Source: the human T2T-CHM13v2.0 reference genome, Homo sapiens. From it: a DNA stretch of 64,000 bases. Of the stretch, positions 16,473 to 34,254 are shown in pieces. Location: the NCBI RefSeq assembly GCF_009914755.1, contig NC_060947.1; one strand, written 5' to 3'. Within the stretch, counting starts at the first letter, position 1. The number at the start of each line of letters is the position of its first letter. Under the pieces are notes generated by a model. It was not told the DNA's origin and ran no database searches. It saw only the letters and a list, made by a program, of their open reading frames with translations. The translations under genes were made by a program, and so were the position numbers.

Positions 16473-17138
16473 CTAGAGGCTGTTGCCCCCAGCCAGCACC
16501 CCACTCACAGAGCAGAGTGTCACCCCAAGAGAAACAGACTGCTGTTTCCACTGCCATCTCCACAGCAGTGGTACAGAGCTCTGACCAGGAGAAAGGCACG
16601 CTGTAAGAACTGCAGCTCTTCACAAGGAGAGTGACTTCATGCAGAATGTGCCATGGGGAAGTTTAAGCTCATGAGTGCTGTACAAAACATTATGGAGATT
16701 TTGGTGGCTGGCAATTAAGAGAAGGCTGGTAGCTCTGTGATAGGAATATGTAAAGGGTAGACCAGCTAGAAGTTTAACAGAGAGAAATGGGAAAGAGACA
16801 GCTAGGAGGAACCTTCCTGAGGTCAGAGCAAGCCTTAGGGATTAGTTTTAAGGACTATTCCTGCAAAACTTTAATTGTATCAAACTGTGGAACAATTATG
16901 CCTCAAGGTATTGTCAAAAGCAATAGAACAATCAGCTAAGGAGGGAGACTAACAACTCAGTGTAGTACCAGTTGTGTAAGACCAATACAGAAGATTAGTC
17001 AGAAACTTAACAGGGAGATCAGGGAAACAGACAGTCAAAGAGAGCCTAGCTGCAACTACTGTCATTCCTGGGTGAGGATACAAGAGTCAGAATAACTGTG
17101 CGCATGCCCAAGAGTGTGCCCTTTAAGAAGTGACATCA

Positions 17139-19080
<1,942 letters not shown>

Positions 19081-19792
19081 AAGAAGTGACATCAGAGGCT
19101 GCCCATTGCAGAAAAATAGACTTCACTGAACTAGTCAAGTCATGAAACAAATAAACAAGTAAACAACAAAAACAACATGCCCCGGAGGCAGAAGGGAGAA
19201 AGATCAGTATCTGGAGTTTCTACAATATATTATCTGAAATGTCCAGTTGTCAACAAAAAATACAAAACATGCAAATACAGGACAGTGTGATCCACATATG
19301 GGAAAAACAGTAGGCAATGCTAACTGCCTTTGAAAGGACCCAGATATTAAATGTAGCAGACAATGACTTGAAAGCAGATATTACAAATACGTTCAAAGAA
19401 CTAAGGGAAACCATACTTAAAGAATTAAAGGAAGGTATTATAACAGTATCTCAAACACAGAAGATAAAGAAAAATTACCAAAAAAAAGGAGGGGGGGTAG
19501 GAATTCTGAAGTTGAAAAGTACAACAGCCAAAATGAAAAATTCACTCAGGAGGCTCAACAGGCAATTTGAGTGGCAGAAGAAATAATCAGCAAACTTGAA
19601 GATAGAAAAATAGAGATATGCAATCTGAAGAACAAGACAGAAAAAGAAAAAATGAACAAAGTCTTAAAGGAACATGGGACAGCATTAAGTGCACCAACAT
19701 ATGTGACACCTAATATGAGTCCCAGAAGAAGAGGAGAGAAAGGAGCAGAAAAATACTCAAAGAAATAATTGCTGAAAACTTCCTAAATATGA

Positions 19793-20085
19793 TTTTTTTT
19801 TTTTTGAGATGGAGTTTCACTCTTGTTGCCCAGGTTGGAGTGCAATGGCACGATCTTGGATCACCACAACCTCCGTCTACCAGGTTAAAGTAATTCTCCT
19901 GCCTCAGCCTCCTGTGTAGCTGGGATTAAGGCATGCACCACCACACCAGCTAATTTTGTATTTTTAGTAGAGACAGGGTTTCTCCATGTTGGTCAGGCTG
20001 GTCTTGAACTCCCAACCTCAGGTGATCCACCCACCTCGGTCTCCCAAAGTGCTGGGATTACAGGCATGAGCCACCGTGCCCGGCC
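19793..20085 (-). mobile_element. AluSp-like
   Basis: gagtttcactcttgttgcc and ctccatgttggtcaggctgg. Confidence 0.9.
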
Positions 20086-20436
20086 CCAGATATCATTTTT
20101 TAAAAAATTAAATCTACATATCCAAGAAGCCAAATGAACTCCAAGTGGGATAAAGGCAAAGAGGTCCACACCCAGATGTGTCAGTTAACTTTGAAAGATA
20201 AAGAGTGAAAATCCTGAAAGCAGCAAGAGAAAAATGTTTTGTCATATACAAGAGAATTCCAGTAAGATTAATGTCTGACTTTTCATTAGAAACAACGAAG
20301 GCCACGGGATGACATATTCAAAGTGCTGAAAGAAAAAAAAAGTCAGCCAAGAATTTTATATCCACTAAAACTATCTTTCAAAAATGAAGATGAAATATGA
20401 ACACTTTCAGATCAACAAAAGCTGAGATAATGCTAG

Positions 20437-21034
<598 letters not shown>

Positions 21035-22789
21035 CTATATTGGAATAAGGAAATGACACCAAATGGTAACTTGAATCCACAGGAACAAATGAAAAGTATC
21101 AGAAATGGTAAATAAAAAGGTTAATATAACTCTCTCTCTCCCCCTACCTACATTCTCTTTTATTCTGTTTCTTTAAAAGACATAATACAAAAATACTTAT
21201 TACAATTAAATAACCCTGAGCTTCTGTAACAGGTAGGTAAATTGAAGATACAAGAATCTAACCTATTTGTAAAGAATTGTTATATGTCTTACAACTGTCT
21301 CCAAAACAAACATTTCTGCTGAAATTTTGACGTTATTCCTTTAGCAAACCTAGTCCTCCCAAATATTACAAGAGTAAACTTTGCCCCAGAGTTCTGATCA
21401 AATCCTAAATAATGAGGTGTGAAAAACTGGATTTTGACAAACATGGTAAATGCCATCACAAGTTCTTTGGTGAAAAAGAAATACTGTTCAAGAAGGCAGA
21501 GCACTAGCAGCAGAAACTGATGAAGTCTACCCCCCAGTCAGCAGAGGATCTGATCCACGGAGCAAACGTTTAGCCATAGTTAGAGAAAAATAAGGAGAAA
21601 GAAAAGAAATGCATGAACTCTGAAACCAGTTGAGTGAGTTTAATGAACAGGACTGAGGAGACAGCAGGAATCCGGAGACTTTGGGAAGGTAAAAATACTT
21701 CCTTTGGGAAAGTCTTCCAGAAAGTTTAAGAAATTTGGCAGAAATTGGGACTAACAACTACATTTTAAAAAGGAATTAATAGACTTCCAAGTGAAAGCAC
21801 AAGCTCTTAAGTACAGTACTTTTGTTCTTACAAAGAGGAAGAATAAACCTAAACATCTTCAAGTGATGGAACACATTCAGACTCTTGTTGGTCAAGAGAC
21901 CAGAAATTAAAAATAAAAACAATGATTACCATAACACATGTTCAATAGCAAACTAGGATCAGCTATTTGTAGTTGTTACATTTATAAGTGGAAACATCTC
22001 AAGAATCCAGCTCATTAAAACAAATTTAACAAACGCAGTTTAGTTTCCTACATAAAGAGGTATTTGAACCAGTATGCTAACCACATTAAAATGTAAAGTC
22101 CTATTCTAAACACTCTCCAAATATTTCCAAAACGGTGATTCTGATATAGTAAGTGAAGTCAGAGGCCCAAGGAAAAGCCACTAGTCTCTGACAGCGTGGG
22201 GATAGGAAGCGGAGGAATTTTTCCTCTAAAGGTTTTAGTTCCTGACCTAGCAATTGCCATTTCCAGAACTACTACCATCTACAAATATCACCACCATGAA
22301 AAGACTGTCCTATGTCATCACTCAATTAAATAATAGGTGCTTTTAATAAGGACTCATTACAAAAGCTTAATTATATAGTCTTAAGTGCCATAATTTTAAA
22401 TGCCTGCCTAATACACCATCTGGTAAATATATATAGGATACTTAACCATTCTTCTATTGCCTAACTTTGTTTGTTTTGAAATTTCCTTACTGTAAGTGTC
22501 ACTGAGATGAACATCTTTGCATATGGCATCTTTGTACTGTGATCTTTTCCTAAGGATATCTTCCCAGGAGTAAAATTACTAGAACAAATTTAAGGTTCTT
22601 AATATATGTTGACCAAACTGCTGTCATAAAGGATGGAGCAATTTACACTCCCACCCACAGTGTATAAGGGCATGCTAATTTATTCGTCCTCTCAGCTGAA
22701 CTGGATAGTATTGTTTTTCACATTTGTGAAGTGTGGTGAACAAGAAATACTTTATCAATATAGAAACAAAGTATCATCTCAACTCAAGC

Positions 22790-22945
22790 ATAGCAATGTA
22801 GTAAAGAATTCAGAGGGCCAAGGATTGAATTCCAGCTCCATCCCATCCTAAATGGATGACCCTGAAAAATGTACTCATCTATCTAAACCTCAGTTTTCTC
22901 ATCTTTAAGAGGGAGATGATAATAGTGTCAGCCTCATTAGATGAT
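22790..22945 (+). mobile_element. MIR SINE
   Basis: ttgaattccagctcc...aacctcagttttctcatctttaa...gatgataatagt. Confidence 0.65.
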
Positions 22946-23014
22946 AGAGGCTTAATCATGGCCATTTTTTTTTGCACAAATATTCTCTATGTGCAATAGT
23001 TCTAGAAGGGACTA

Positions 23015-24030
23015 GGAGTTCTAAACCTGAGATCCAGTCATTCTTGGAGGTGGGGGGGGGGGGGGTCTGTGAACTTGAAAGAGAAAAAAATTACATCATT
23101 GCCATCATTTGCCCTCAACTGAAACATAACATTTCCCTCACTTAGGGAATGTAGGTAACATACCCTAGTAGTAGACTTGAGACTTGAGACTTTGTTGGTA
23201 ACAGGAGTCACAGACTTTTTCATATCACATTACAGTTCCTGCGGAGATCTCAGAATAACTTTTATGCCCATCACTACTCCAAATATTATGACAGTTTTTA
23301 AGATCTGCTGTTTGATCTCATTATTTAAGACATTAGTAAAGAAGCACATAATTATATATAACTTTAAAATATTTTGATAACTGTATTTTGATATGAAGGG
23401 TCTCCTTTGTAATTCTTTGTATTTAAACACTTTAAAACAGTGGTCCCCAACCTTTTTGGCACCAGAGACTGGTTTCATGGAAAAAAATTTTTCCACGGAC
23501 CAGGTGGGCAGGGGCAGGGAGGATGGTTTCAGGATGATTCAAGTGCATTACATTTATTGTGCACTTTATTTCTATTATTATTACATTATAATATATAATG
23601 AAATAATTATACAACTCACTGTGATGTAGAATCAACAGGACCCCTGAGATTGTTTTCCTACAACTAGACGGTCCCATCTGGGAATGATGGGACACAGTGA
23701 GAGATCATCAGGCATGAGTTTCTCATAAGGAGCACACAAACTAGATCCCTCACATGCATAGTTCACAATAGGGTTTATGCTCCTATGAGAATCTAATGCC
23801 GCTGCTGATCTGACAGGAGGCAGCGTTCGGGCGGTAATGCGAGCAATGGGGGAGCAGCTATAAATACAGATGAAGCTTTCCTCGCTCGCTGCTCACCTCC
23901 TGCTGTGCGGCCCGGTCGGGTGGCCCAGGGGTTGAGGACCCTTGCTTTAAAACATATTCTGGGAAGGGCCCATAGGCTCCTCCAGACTGGCAAAGGGGTC
24001 CCGTGACCCCTAAAAGGCTAAAAACCCCCA
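23015..24030. mobile_element. Older hAT element (Charlie4-like) hosting the MER1A
   Basis: Ends ggagttctaaacct... and ...aggctaaaaacccc resemble hAT-Charlie terminal repeats; family uncertain. Confidence 0.5.
23438..23944. mobile_element. MER1A (hAT-Charlie)
   Basis: cagtggtccccaacc...ggttgaggacccttg terminal inverted repeats, 507 bp, perfect 8-bp TSD ctttaaaa (23430-23437 and 23945-23952). Confidence 0.9.
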
Positions 24031-24287
24031 ATCGTGACTCTTAGATGCTTCACGTAGAACATCCTAACTGCAGGCCTAAAATGTCGGACTTCCTTCAGTG
24101 GGCTGCACATATAAAGCTCTCCACGAATAAACAGTGCAAGGCCCATCTGCAAACAGCTTCCTAGATTCTACAGGACAGCCCAGGAGCAGAGCATGTCAGA
24201 GCCTCCACTCAATTGTCCATTGGCTTCAATCATGGCCACTAACTAAGGACACCTAGGATTTGCTCCTCAGCTGGCTCCTCCACAGCT

Positions 24288-24412
24288 GGAATATTAAAAC
24301 AAATGAAGCTACGCAATACCTGTGGACTATGTACGCTAATGGCAAACTACTAAAAAATTCCAAGGTTTAATAGATAAAGTAGCCTTGGGGTTGGCTATAT
24401 TTTCCTTCTTTT
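24288..24412 (+). repeat. Copy 1 of a dispersed ~125-bp direct repeat (partner 28488-28612)
   Basis: Ungapped alignment at an offset of exactly 4200 bp; 14 mismatches in 125 nt by hand count. Confidence 0.93.
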
Positions 24413-25931
24413 CCGCAGGCACCCCATGCAAGGCATCCAAAGGTCCAAGAAGGCCAAGAAAGATATACAAGCCAAGGTCCCTCATTACACCAGCACTTAT
24501 TTTTATTTATGGCTCACAGCAGGTGGCAAAGCTGGTCAACAGCAGCACAGGGTTTATAAATTAATTCTTTGCAGCAAATATGATATGTCTGAGTTTGTAC
24601 CAGCGAACTTCATAATGAGACTTGTGGCTTGGCCTTCCAGAAAACATCTTTTATAATGATACAAACATTTAATCAGTCAACAAATGGCCAAGTGAGAAGA
24701 GGGAAATAAAGTATCTAAGGCAGATAGAAAGCCACTTAACACTACTCAAGATGAACTGATTTCTGAGCACTTTCAGAAGAATGCACATCTCAACTGGTGG
24801 CACAATGTGATACTTTGGAGCTTATATCTTTTAACACAAGTGGGTCACAAATACTTAGTGAAAACCGCAACTGAAAAAACACAGAAGATTGTTCCCAGGA
24901 AAATTTAGGGAGCAAATGAACAAATACGGGGCAATGGATTTTTTATATTATTTCATGTGACCAGGTATGACAAAGTTAATTTATTGTAGAAGAAAATCCA
25001 AGTTGACACAACTCCAAAAAAGATAAGCTTTAGGCTCAACAGATATAATTATTTGTCTAGCCAGCTAGATACATACATATATACATTGTCCAGAAAAATG
25101 CAGTGGTTTTCTTTTTAGAGCAACGCAAATAGCATTCTACACTACTCCTTTTCTCTAATTATCTGGTCATAGGAGGAAAAAAATATTCAGAAACTGTATA
25201 ACAATTTCAACAGGATAATCAGGATACGGTGCCACTTAAAAGTAAACGAAGATATCCCTGCTGGAAACGTGCCATGGAGTGCTAATTAACCTGTTGTGAC
25301 AGTTGATTTACTTTGTTTACACAACTGAATGGCCATCACAAAGTCACAGGATTATTTCAGAGCTGGCACAAATCTCAAAAGTCACCTCATTAAAATCATC
25401 TCATTTAACAGAGGAAGAAACCAAGACCCAGCAGGTTAACCAACTGGCCTACAGATGACCACGGAGCCAGATAATCTCAAGCCCTACCCCTGTCCTCCCA
25501 GGATTCTAGTCATTAACTGCCACTTCTGCTTAATTCTGAAATATCCTTAAATAAAGCTGTACAAAGAACTCAACATAAGCAGATGAGTGAATGGCAAATT
25601 CTATGGTCTGTGAATTATGTCTCGATTTAAAGAAAATAGATGGGTGCCATGGATATGAAAGACATATCCAGTTGGCAGGTAGAATTAAATATGAATAATT
25701 TGGTTCTGACATTGGCCCTGTGAAATCTGACATTACCCCTCTGATATTCAAGAGGTGCAGAGAAAAGTTTTATGGTTCACAGACCCAGAGTACTCCAATT
25801 GAAGAGAACACACAGGACCAAGACCACAGGCAGGAACAACAACAACAACAACAACAAAAAGACAAAAAGACTAACAACCTAAGATGAGGCAGAAATAACA
25901 GAACATACAAAAATAAAATAAATATGCAAAG

Positions 25932-26217
<286 letters not shown>

Positions 26218-27115
26218 GAAAAAAAAAAAAAAAAAGAAGAAAAGAAGGGGAAAAGAAAAGAGAAAAGAAAAGAAAAAGGAATGAAGGAAGAAAAGAAGGA
26301 GAGGGAGAAGAAAGAGGGAGGGAGGGACGGGGGGAGAGAGGGAGAGGGAGGGAGGGATGGGGAGAGAGGGGGGAGGGGGGAGAGGGGGAGAGGGGGGAGG
26401 GGGGAGAGGGGGGAGAGGGGGGAGGGGGGAGGGGGGAGAGGGGAGAGGGGGGAGGGGGGAGGGGGGAGGGGGGAGAGGGGGGAGGGGGGAGGGGGGAGGG
26501 GGGAGGGGGGAGAGGGGGGAGGGGGGAGAGGGGGGAGGGGGGAGAGGAGGGAGGGGGGAGGGGGGAGGGGGGGAGAGGGGGGAGGGGGGAGAGGGGGGAG
26601 AGGGGGAGGGGGGAGAGAGGGGGAGAGAGGGGGAGAGGGGGGAGAGAGGGGGGAGCGGGGAGAGAGGGGGGAGGGGGGAGAGAGGGGGGAGGGGGAGAGA
26701 GGGGGGAGGGGAGAGAGGGGGGAGGGGGAGAGAGGGGGGAGGGGAGAGAGGGGGGAGGGGGGAGAGGGGGGAGGGGGGAGAGGGGGGAGGGGGGAGAGGG
26801 GGGAGGGGGAGAGGGGGGAGGGGGAGAGGGGGGAGGGGGGAGAGGGGGGAGGGGGAGAGGGGGGAGGGGGGAGAGGGGGGAGGGGGAGAGGGGGGAGGGG
26901 GGAGGGGGGAGAGGGGGGAGGGGGGAGGGGGGAGGGGGGAGAGGGGGGAGAGGGGGGAGAGAGGGGGAGAGAGGGGGAGAGAGGGGGAGAGAGGGGGAGA
27001 GAGGGGGAGAGAGGGGGAGAGAGGGGGAGAGAGGGGGGAAGGGGGGGAGGGTAAGGGGGAGAGAGAGAGAGAGGGAAGGAGGGGGAGAGAGAAAGAGGGA
27101 GGGAGAGAGAAAGAA
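26218..27115 (+). repeat. ~900-bp polypurine GA-rich tract, (GGGGGA)n / (GAGAGGGGGA)n
   Basis: A-rich, then G4-6 runs separated by A or AGA; only about five pyrimidines by my reading. Confidence 0.97.
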
Positions 27116-28013
27116 CCAACTGAGATTTTTACATAATTCATGTTCTGTGAGTAAAATAAAATTCTCCCTATTATGAGATGTAGCTTTCTTGTTTGAAATT
27201 GAGTCTTTGCTAATAAAAGTACTAGAAATCTTTTGAACTCAGAAAATCCAAAGGATACAGAAAAGAGAAAAGAAACTTAATTGTCTTTCTACCAAAGCGT
27301 CCCTAAGCAATCCATATCATCTTTGATCATTTTGAGTCCTAAGCCATAGGAAACTGAAGGCCTGAGAATGGCAAGAGGAAAAAAACAGGAGAAATTGTTA
27401 CCCTGACCGAGACCTACACATGTTCCTAAGCCAGAGGAGAGACTTCGAGTATTGAAGACACTGTCTCCAATATTGCCAGTGTCTGTTTTTCAAAGAATTT
27501 CTAATTTATTTGGATTATAAAGATAACCATTTTAATGGCAACAATGAGTTTCTCTTAAATCTCACTGGCTTTCCAGAAAAAAAAAATCACCTAAACCAGA
27601 GGTCAAGAACCAGATTAGTTTTTTAATAACGTGTTTTTTAATAAGGTTTTTTTTTTTTTAATAATGTGATCTTAGCTTGGAAATTTAACTCTGCTTTTTA
27701 AAAAAACAACTGTGAACTCTGGCTTTAGGACATGACAAATGAAAATAAAGTCCAATGTACTTTTAACAATTCCTTCTGCAAGTGTTGGGTAGAACACCTT
27801 GTTTTCTCCCAGTAATTCTCCTGGGGACAGAGAAGGTGCTTGTCTCCATGGTGCCTCTCTAGCAAGGCTATGCACAGCTTTCAGGTAATTTACCCACCAA
27901 TTCAGTGGAAAAAAATTATAGCAGTACCTCTAAGCCTTGGAAATGTATTTCTTAGTCTTGGGGTATATATGACACACATACATACACACATTTCTCAAAT
28001 GAAATAATTATAA

Positions 28014-28450
28014 TGTGGTGGATATGCAGGTATACTACCCAGAACCCCCCAACCCAACCTCAAGGAAGGATGTGTTGCCCCAGTTTCTGGGAGCTCGTTA
28101 GGAAGCAGCCCCTTACTGTTAGTCCCTTCTGAACTGTGTCAGTTCCAGAGAGTATCTCATCCAAGCTACATTCCTAGTGATGAAGGACAAATGGAGGAAC
28201 ATAGAGGCCTGGCCATTTCATCCCAACCCAAGACAACTCAGAAAGGCCATTTCAGCTCCAGACCTCCCTCCCAATGTGGTCAGCCAAAGCTGTCATTGAG
28301 CCTGCATCTCAGCTGCATGTCTCCCTCTGGCCAGTCCCGCTTCATTTACTCCCCTTCCCCAGCAGCCATCCCAAAGGCATCCCTTAATAAACCTCCTGTA
28401 CCCTAAACTCAGCCTCAGAGTCTGAGTCTAGAGGAAATCAACCTGCAAAA
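28014..28450 (+). mobile_element. LTR16-like (ERVL) solo LTR
   Basis: tgtggtggata...aataaacctcctgtaccctaaactcagcctcagagtctg...aacctgca; typical LTR16 3' end. Confidence 0.6.
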
Positions 28451-28487
28451 TAAGCTGTAAGTATAAAGGTATGATTATCCTTGCTAA

Positions 28488-28612
28488 GGAAAATTAAAAC
28501 AAATGAAGCTACGCAATGCCTATGGACTATGTACACTAGTGGCAAAGTACTAGGAAGTTCCAAGGTTAAACAGATAAAGTAGCCTTGGGGTTGGCTGTAT
28601 TTTCACTCTTTT
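28488..28612 (+). repeat. Copy 2 of the dispersed ~125-bp direct repeat (partner 24288-24412)
   Basis: Same alignment as copy 1; no transposon family that I recognise. Confidence 0.93.
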
Positions 28613-29299
28613 ACTTTCATAAAGACAGCCTTGATCTGTCACCATATAAACATGTTTTCTCTAAAGTGATAAACTGCAGAAAGTGGCTATCTCTGTCATC
28701 TCCAAAGCAGTATAAAATAGTGTAAGAATTAAAATGGATGAAAATACAGGAAAAACCAGAAGCCATTTGTATAGAACTCTGACCAAAAAGTCAATTACAT
28801 TTTCAACTCAATCAAATACTGAAATATGAAGTGAAATGTAGTGTTGAAGATTTTTGTGACAGGTGTTTTTTTAAAGTCAACCTTGAAAAAGAAATTAAGA
28901 AAACAATTCCATTCGCAAGAGTATCCAAAAGAATAAAATACACAGGAGTAAGTGTAACCAAGAAAGTGAAAGACCTGTACATGGAAAACTACAAAATATT
29001 GCTGAAATAAATTAAAGAAGACCTAAATAAATGGAAAGACATCCCACATTCACAGATTAGTAGACTTAAAACTATTAAGATGTCAATACCAGCCAAGCAA
29101 TCTACAGATACGATGCAATCCTTATCAATATTCAATGGCTTTTTTTTTCTCCAGAAATGGAAAAGCTGATCCTCAAATTCATATGGAACTTTGAGAGGCC
29201 CCAAATGGCCAAAACAATGTTGAAAAAGAACAAAGTTAGAGGATTCGCACTTCCAAATTTCAAAAATTACTACAAAGCTATAGTAATCAAAATAGTGCA

Positions 29300-30021
29300 G
29301 ACTGCAGTGAGCTGTGATTGCACTACTGCACCACAGCTGCGGTGACAGAGTAAGACCCTGTCTCAAAACAAAACAAAAAACAAAGAAAAATAAATTTTTT
29401 AAAAAGGGCCGGGTGCGGGCCAGGCACGGTGGCTTGTGCCTGTAATTCCAGCACTTTTGGAGGCCAAGGCAGGTGGATCACCTGAGGTCAGGAGTTCGAG
29501 ATCAGCCTGGCCAACACTGCAAAACCCGGTCTCTACTTAAAAAAAAAAAAAAAAAAAAAAATTAGCCGTGCGTGGTAGCGGGCACCTGTGATCCCAGCTA
29601 CTCAGGAGGCTGAGGCAGGAGAATTGCTTGAACCCGGGAGGCAGAGGTTGCAGTGAGCGGAGCCTGTGCACTCCAGCCTGGGCTGGAGTGAAACTCTGTC
29701 TCAAAAAAAAAAAAAAGGGCTGGGTATGGTGGCTCATGCCTGTAATCCCAGCACTTTGGGAGGCTGAGGTGGGCAGACTGCTCGAGCCCAGGAGTTTGAG
29801 ACCAGCCTGGGCAACATGGCAAAACCCCATCTCTACAAAAAATAAAAAAATTAGCTGGGCGTGGTGGTGCACACCTATAATTCCAGGCACTCGGGAGGTT
29901 GAGGTGGAAGGAGTACCTGAACCAGGGGAAGTCAAGGCTGTAGTGAGCCATGATCGCACCACTGCACTCCAGCCTGGGTGACAGAGCGAGAACTTGTCTC
30001 AAAAAAAAAAAAAAAAAAAAA
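29300..30021 (+). mobile_element. Alu cluster: Alu 3' fragment plus two tandem Alus
   Basis: Fragment 29300-29400; dimers 29418-29716 and 29718-30021, all inside the L1M. Confidence 0.9.
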
Positions 30022-30618
30022 GTTTTAAACCAGTGTGGTATTAGCATAAGAGTAGACACATATGTCAATGGAGTATAATTGAGAGTCCAAAAATAAACCC
30101 TTACGTATACAGTCAATTGATTTTGACGAGGGTGGAAAGATGATTCAAAGATGACAAGACAGTTTTTTTTTTTCTTTTTTTTAAGAAACAGTGCTGGGAC
30201 AACTAGGGATCCAAATGAGAAAGAATGAAGTTGGACATCTACCTCACACCAGACAAAAAAATTAACTCAAAATGGATCAGAGACCTAAATGTAAGAGCTA
30301 AAACTATAAAACTTCTAAAAGAAAACATAGGAGTCATACTTCATGACCTTGGTTTGGGCTAAGAGTTCACAGATATACCAAAAGCACGATCCATAAAAGA
30401 AATAATTGATAAAACCTCTAATAAGGGCCTTGCTTCCAAAATGTATAGAGAACTCTTACACAGCTTCGTAATAAGAACACAGCCCAATTTTAAACGGGCA
30501 AAAGATTTGAACAGACATTTCACCAAAGAAGACTATGAATGACCAATCAGCACATGAAAAGATGCTCAACATTATTAGCCACTAGGGAAATGCAAACTAA
30601 AAGTACACTCAGGTATCA

Positions 30619-31178
<560 letters not shown>

Positions 31179-31650
31179 TCACAGTGGTATTATTCATAAT
31201 AGCCAGAAAGTAGAAACGATCCAAAAATCCATCTACTAGGGAATGGATAAAATGTGGAATATCTATACAGTAGAATACCATTCAGTAATAAAAAGGAAAG
31301 AACTACTGATCCATGCATCCATGATCCTAGTGCATTAAGGATGATCTTCGAAAACATCATCCTAAGTGATAGAAGCCAGATGCAAAAGATCACATATTGT
31401 ATGGTTCCTTTCACATGAGAAGTCTTGAAAAGGCAAGTCTATAAGACAAAAAGCAGATTAGTTCTTGCCTGGGGCTGGGTGTGGGAAGAGAGATTGTCTG
31501 CAAATAAGCATTTTGGGGTCAGGGAAATGCTCTAAAACTAGACTGTGGTACACAACCCACAACTGGCTGCACAATTATGTCATTTATTAAAAATCATTGA
31601 ATTGTGTGTGCTTAAACTAGGTACATTTTGTGGTATGTAAATTATACCTA

Positions 31651-32161
<511 letters not shown>

Positions 32162-32994
32162 GAAATGGAGATAAATGTGCCCACTTCGCTGCCACATAAA
32201 GCTGAATTCAATACATCATCAAGCACAATTTTATCTTTGTTATTATTATTTTATTACTTTTTATTTTTCCATCTCCCTTTCTGGGTAAAAGTACAATTTT
32301 AGAAATATCAAATGACTCCTTGAAAAGAGATCTCAATGCATCTTGGTTTTCACATATTCAGAAATCATTTCAAACACCTGGCTACATGTTCAGGGTGTGG
32401 CATCTAATTCGTACCCCTTATTTATAAGACTTCACTGTTCACTAACTATGAGTGTGTGTGTGTGTGTGTGTGTTAATCAAAATCTTTCCAAAATGATCAT
32501 AAACCCACAATTCCATCAGATTCTGTCTTGGAATCTCTGGGGTCGTATGATCCAGGTGTCTGATTCCAGGGTCACCCCAATCCACATGGAGGGGACAATT
32601 GAGCAAATTCTCCTTAGAAGCCACCCAAGTTACTTTGACATTCTATTTTAATGTTTAACCACCATTAGTTGCAAGATGTCCATTCTGCTGATCCAAACCA
32701 TTTTTCTGTTTACCCTACTTCCATCCCATCTGGAGTGGAAAAAGTAAACGTCTCTTTTCTTTCAGAAAGAGGATAGCATTTGAAGATGACTACTAATGGT
32801 ACCCCTCAAGGCTTAGTTCCCTTTAGCTTTTCCTCTTAGTGCAATTTTCCACTCATCACATCACCTGGGATCCTTTTAGTCTTCTGAGTGCTCTAAATTT
32901 TCACATCTTGCCAAGCATGACAACCAATACTGGGCACCAAATTCTAACATAATGCCAAATATAGCAAAGAGATTAGCTGCCAAATCCTTTAGAG

Positions 32995-33332
32995 CAGGGG
33001 TCCCCAACCCCCGGGGCCATGGACCAGTACCGGTCAGTGGCCTGTTAGGAACCAGGCCACATAGCAGGAGGTGAGTGGTGGGTGAGCAAGCATTATTGTC
33101 TGAACTCCACCTCCTGTCAGATCATTGGTGACATTAGATTCTTACAGGAGTGCAAACCCTATTGTGAACTGCACATGTGAGCGATCTAGGCTGCGTGCTC
33201 CTTACGAGAATCTAATGCCTGATAATCTGAGGTCAAGCAGTTTCATCCTGAAACCATCCCCCACCTCTGGTCTGTGGAAAAATTGTCTTCCATGAAACCA
33301 GTCCCTGGTGATGAAAAGGTTGGGGACCGCTG
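32995..33332. mobile_element. MER1B (hAT-Charlie)
   Basis: caggggtccccaacc...ggttggggaccgctg, 338 bp, perfect TSD ctttagag (32987-32994 and 33333-33340). Confidence 0.92.
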
Positions 33333-33912
33333 CTTTAGAGTAAGTTTATTCCTAAAAAGCAAACAGATACCTAGGAAGAATAGTGCCAAGGTATACTTGG
33401 AATTACTAAGAATGTTAAGGAATTCCTGGATGTTTTGGAAGAGGGAGAATGCACCAGGAGGGAGGTATGTAGTGGAATTGTAACAGCGTGACACCAAGTC
33501 TCCGGGACGAGAGACTATTTCTGAGTACTGATGCATCCAACAGTGAGGAATGGAGAAAGAAAACGAGTTGTCTTCCTTGCTCCTTGCCTCAACGTAACTC
33601 TTGCTGTTTTAAGGAATCAGCATTTCATAGCCATTTCTTGCATTAAATCCAGGTTACATCTTTTTGCTTGTATAACAAATATGGAACTACAGATGTTGAG
33701 GGCTAGAAGGTATCAATGAGCAAAACAGCACAGTTCAACATTTCTCATTTTATTGCTGAGGATCCTGAGGCCTAGGCAGGGGTGGAACAACTGACTGCCC
33801 AGTGTTACTTAGAGACAGGGCTGCGGCTACAACTGCACCTCCTGGGCCTCAGGCCCAATCTCCTTCGACTTCTTCCCCATTTCTCCACAAATTAGGTAAT
33901 TTTAAAAATCAA

Positions 33913-34254
<342 letters not shown>

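Noticed and set aside
24288-24412. Intronic H/ACA snoRNA reading of the 125-bp duplicate
   Set aside because: Size and one hairpin fit, but I could not find a properly placed H box and terminal ACA on the transcript strand; kept only as an alternative to test.
26315-27115. Possible SVA hexamer head
   Set aside because: The unit is GGGGGA rather than AGAGGG, and no SVA VNTR or SINE-R follows.
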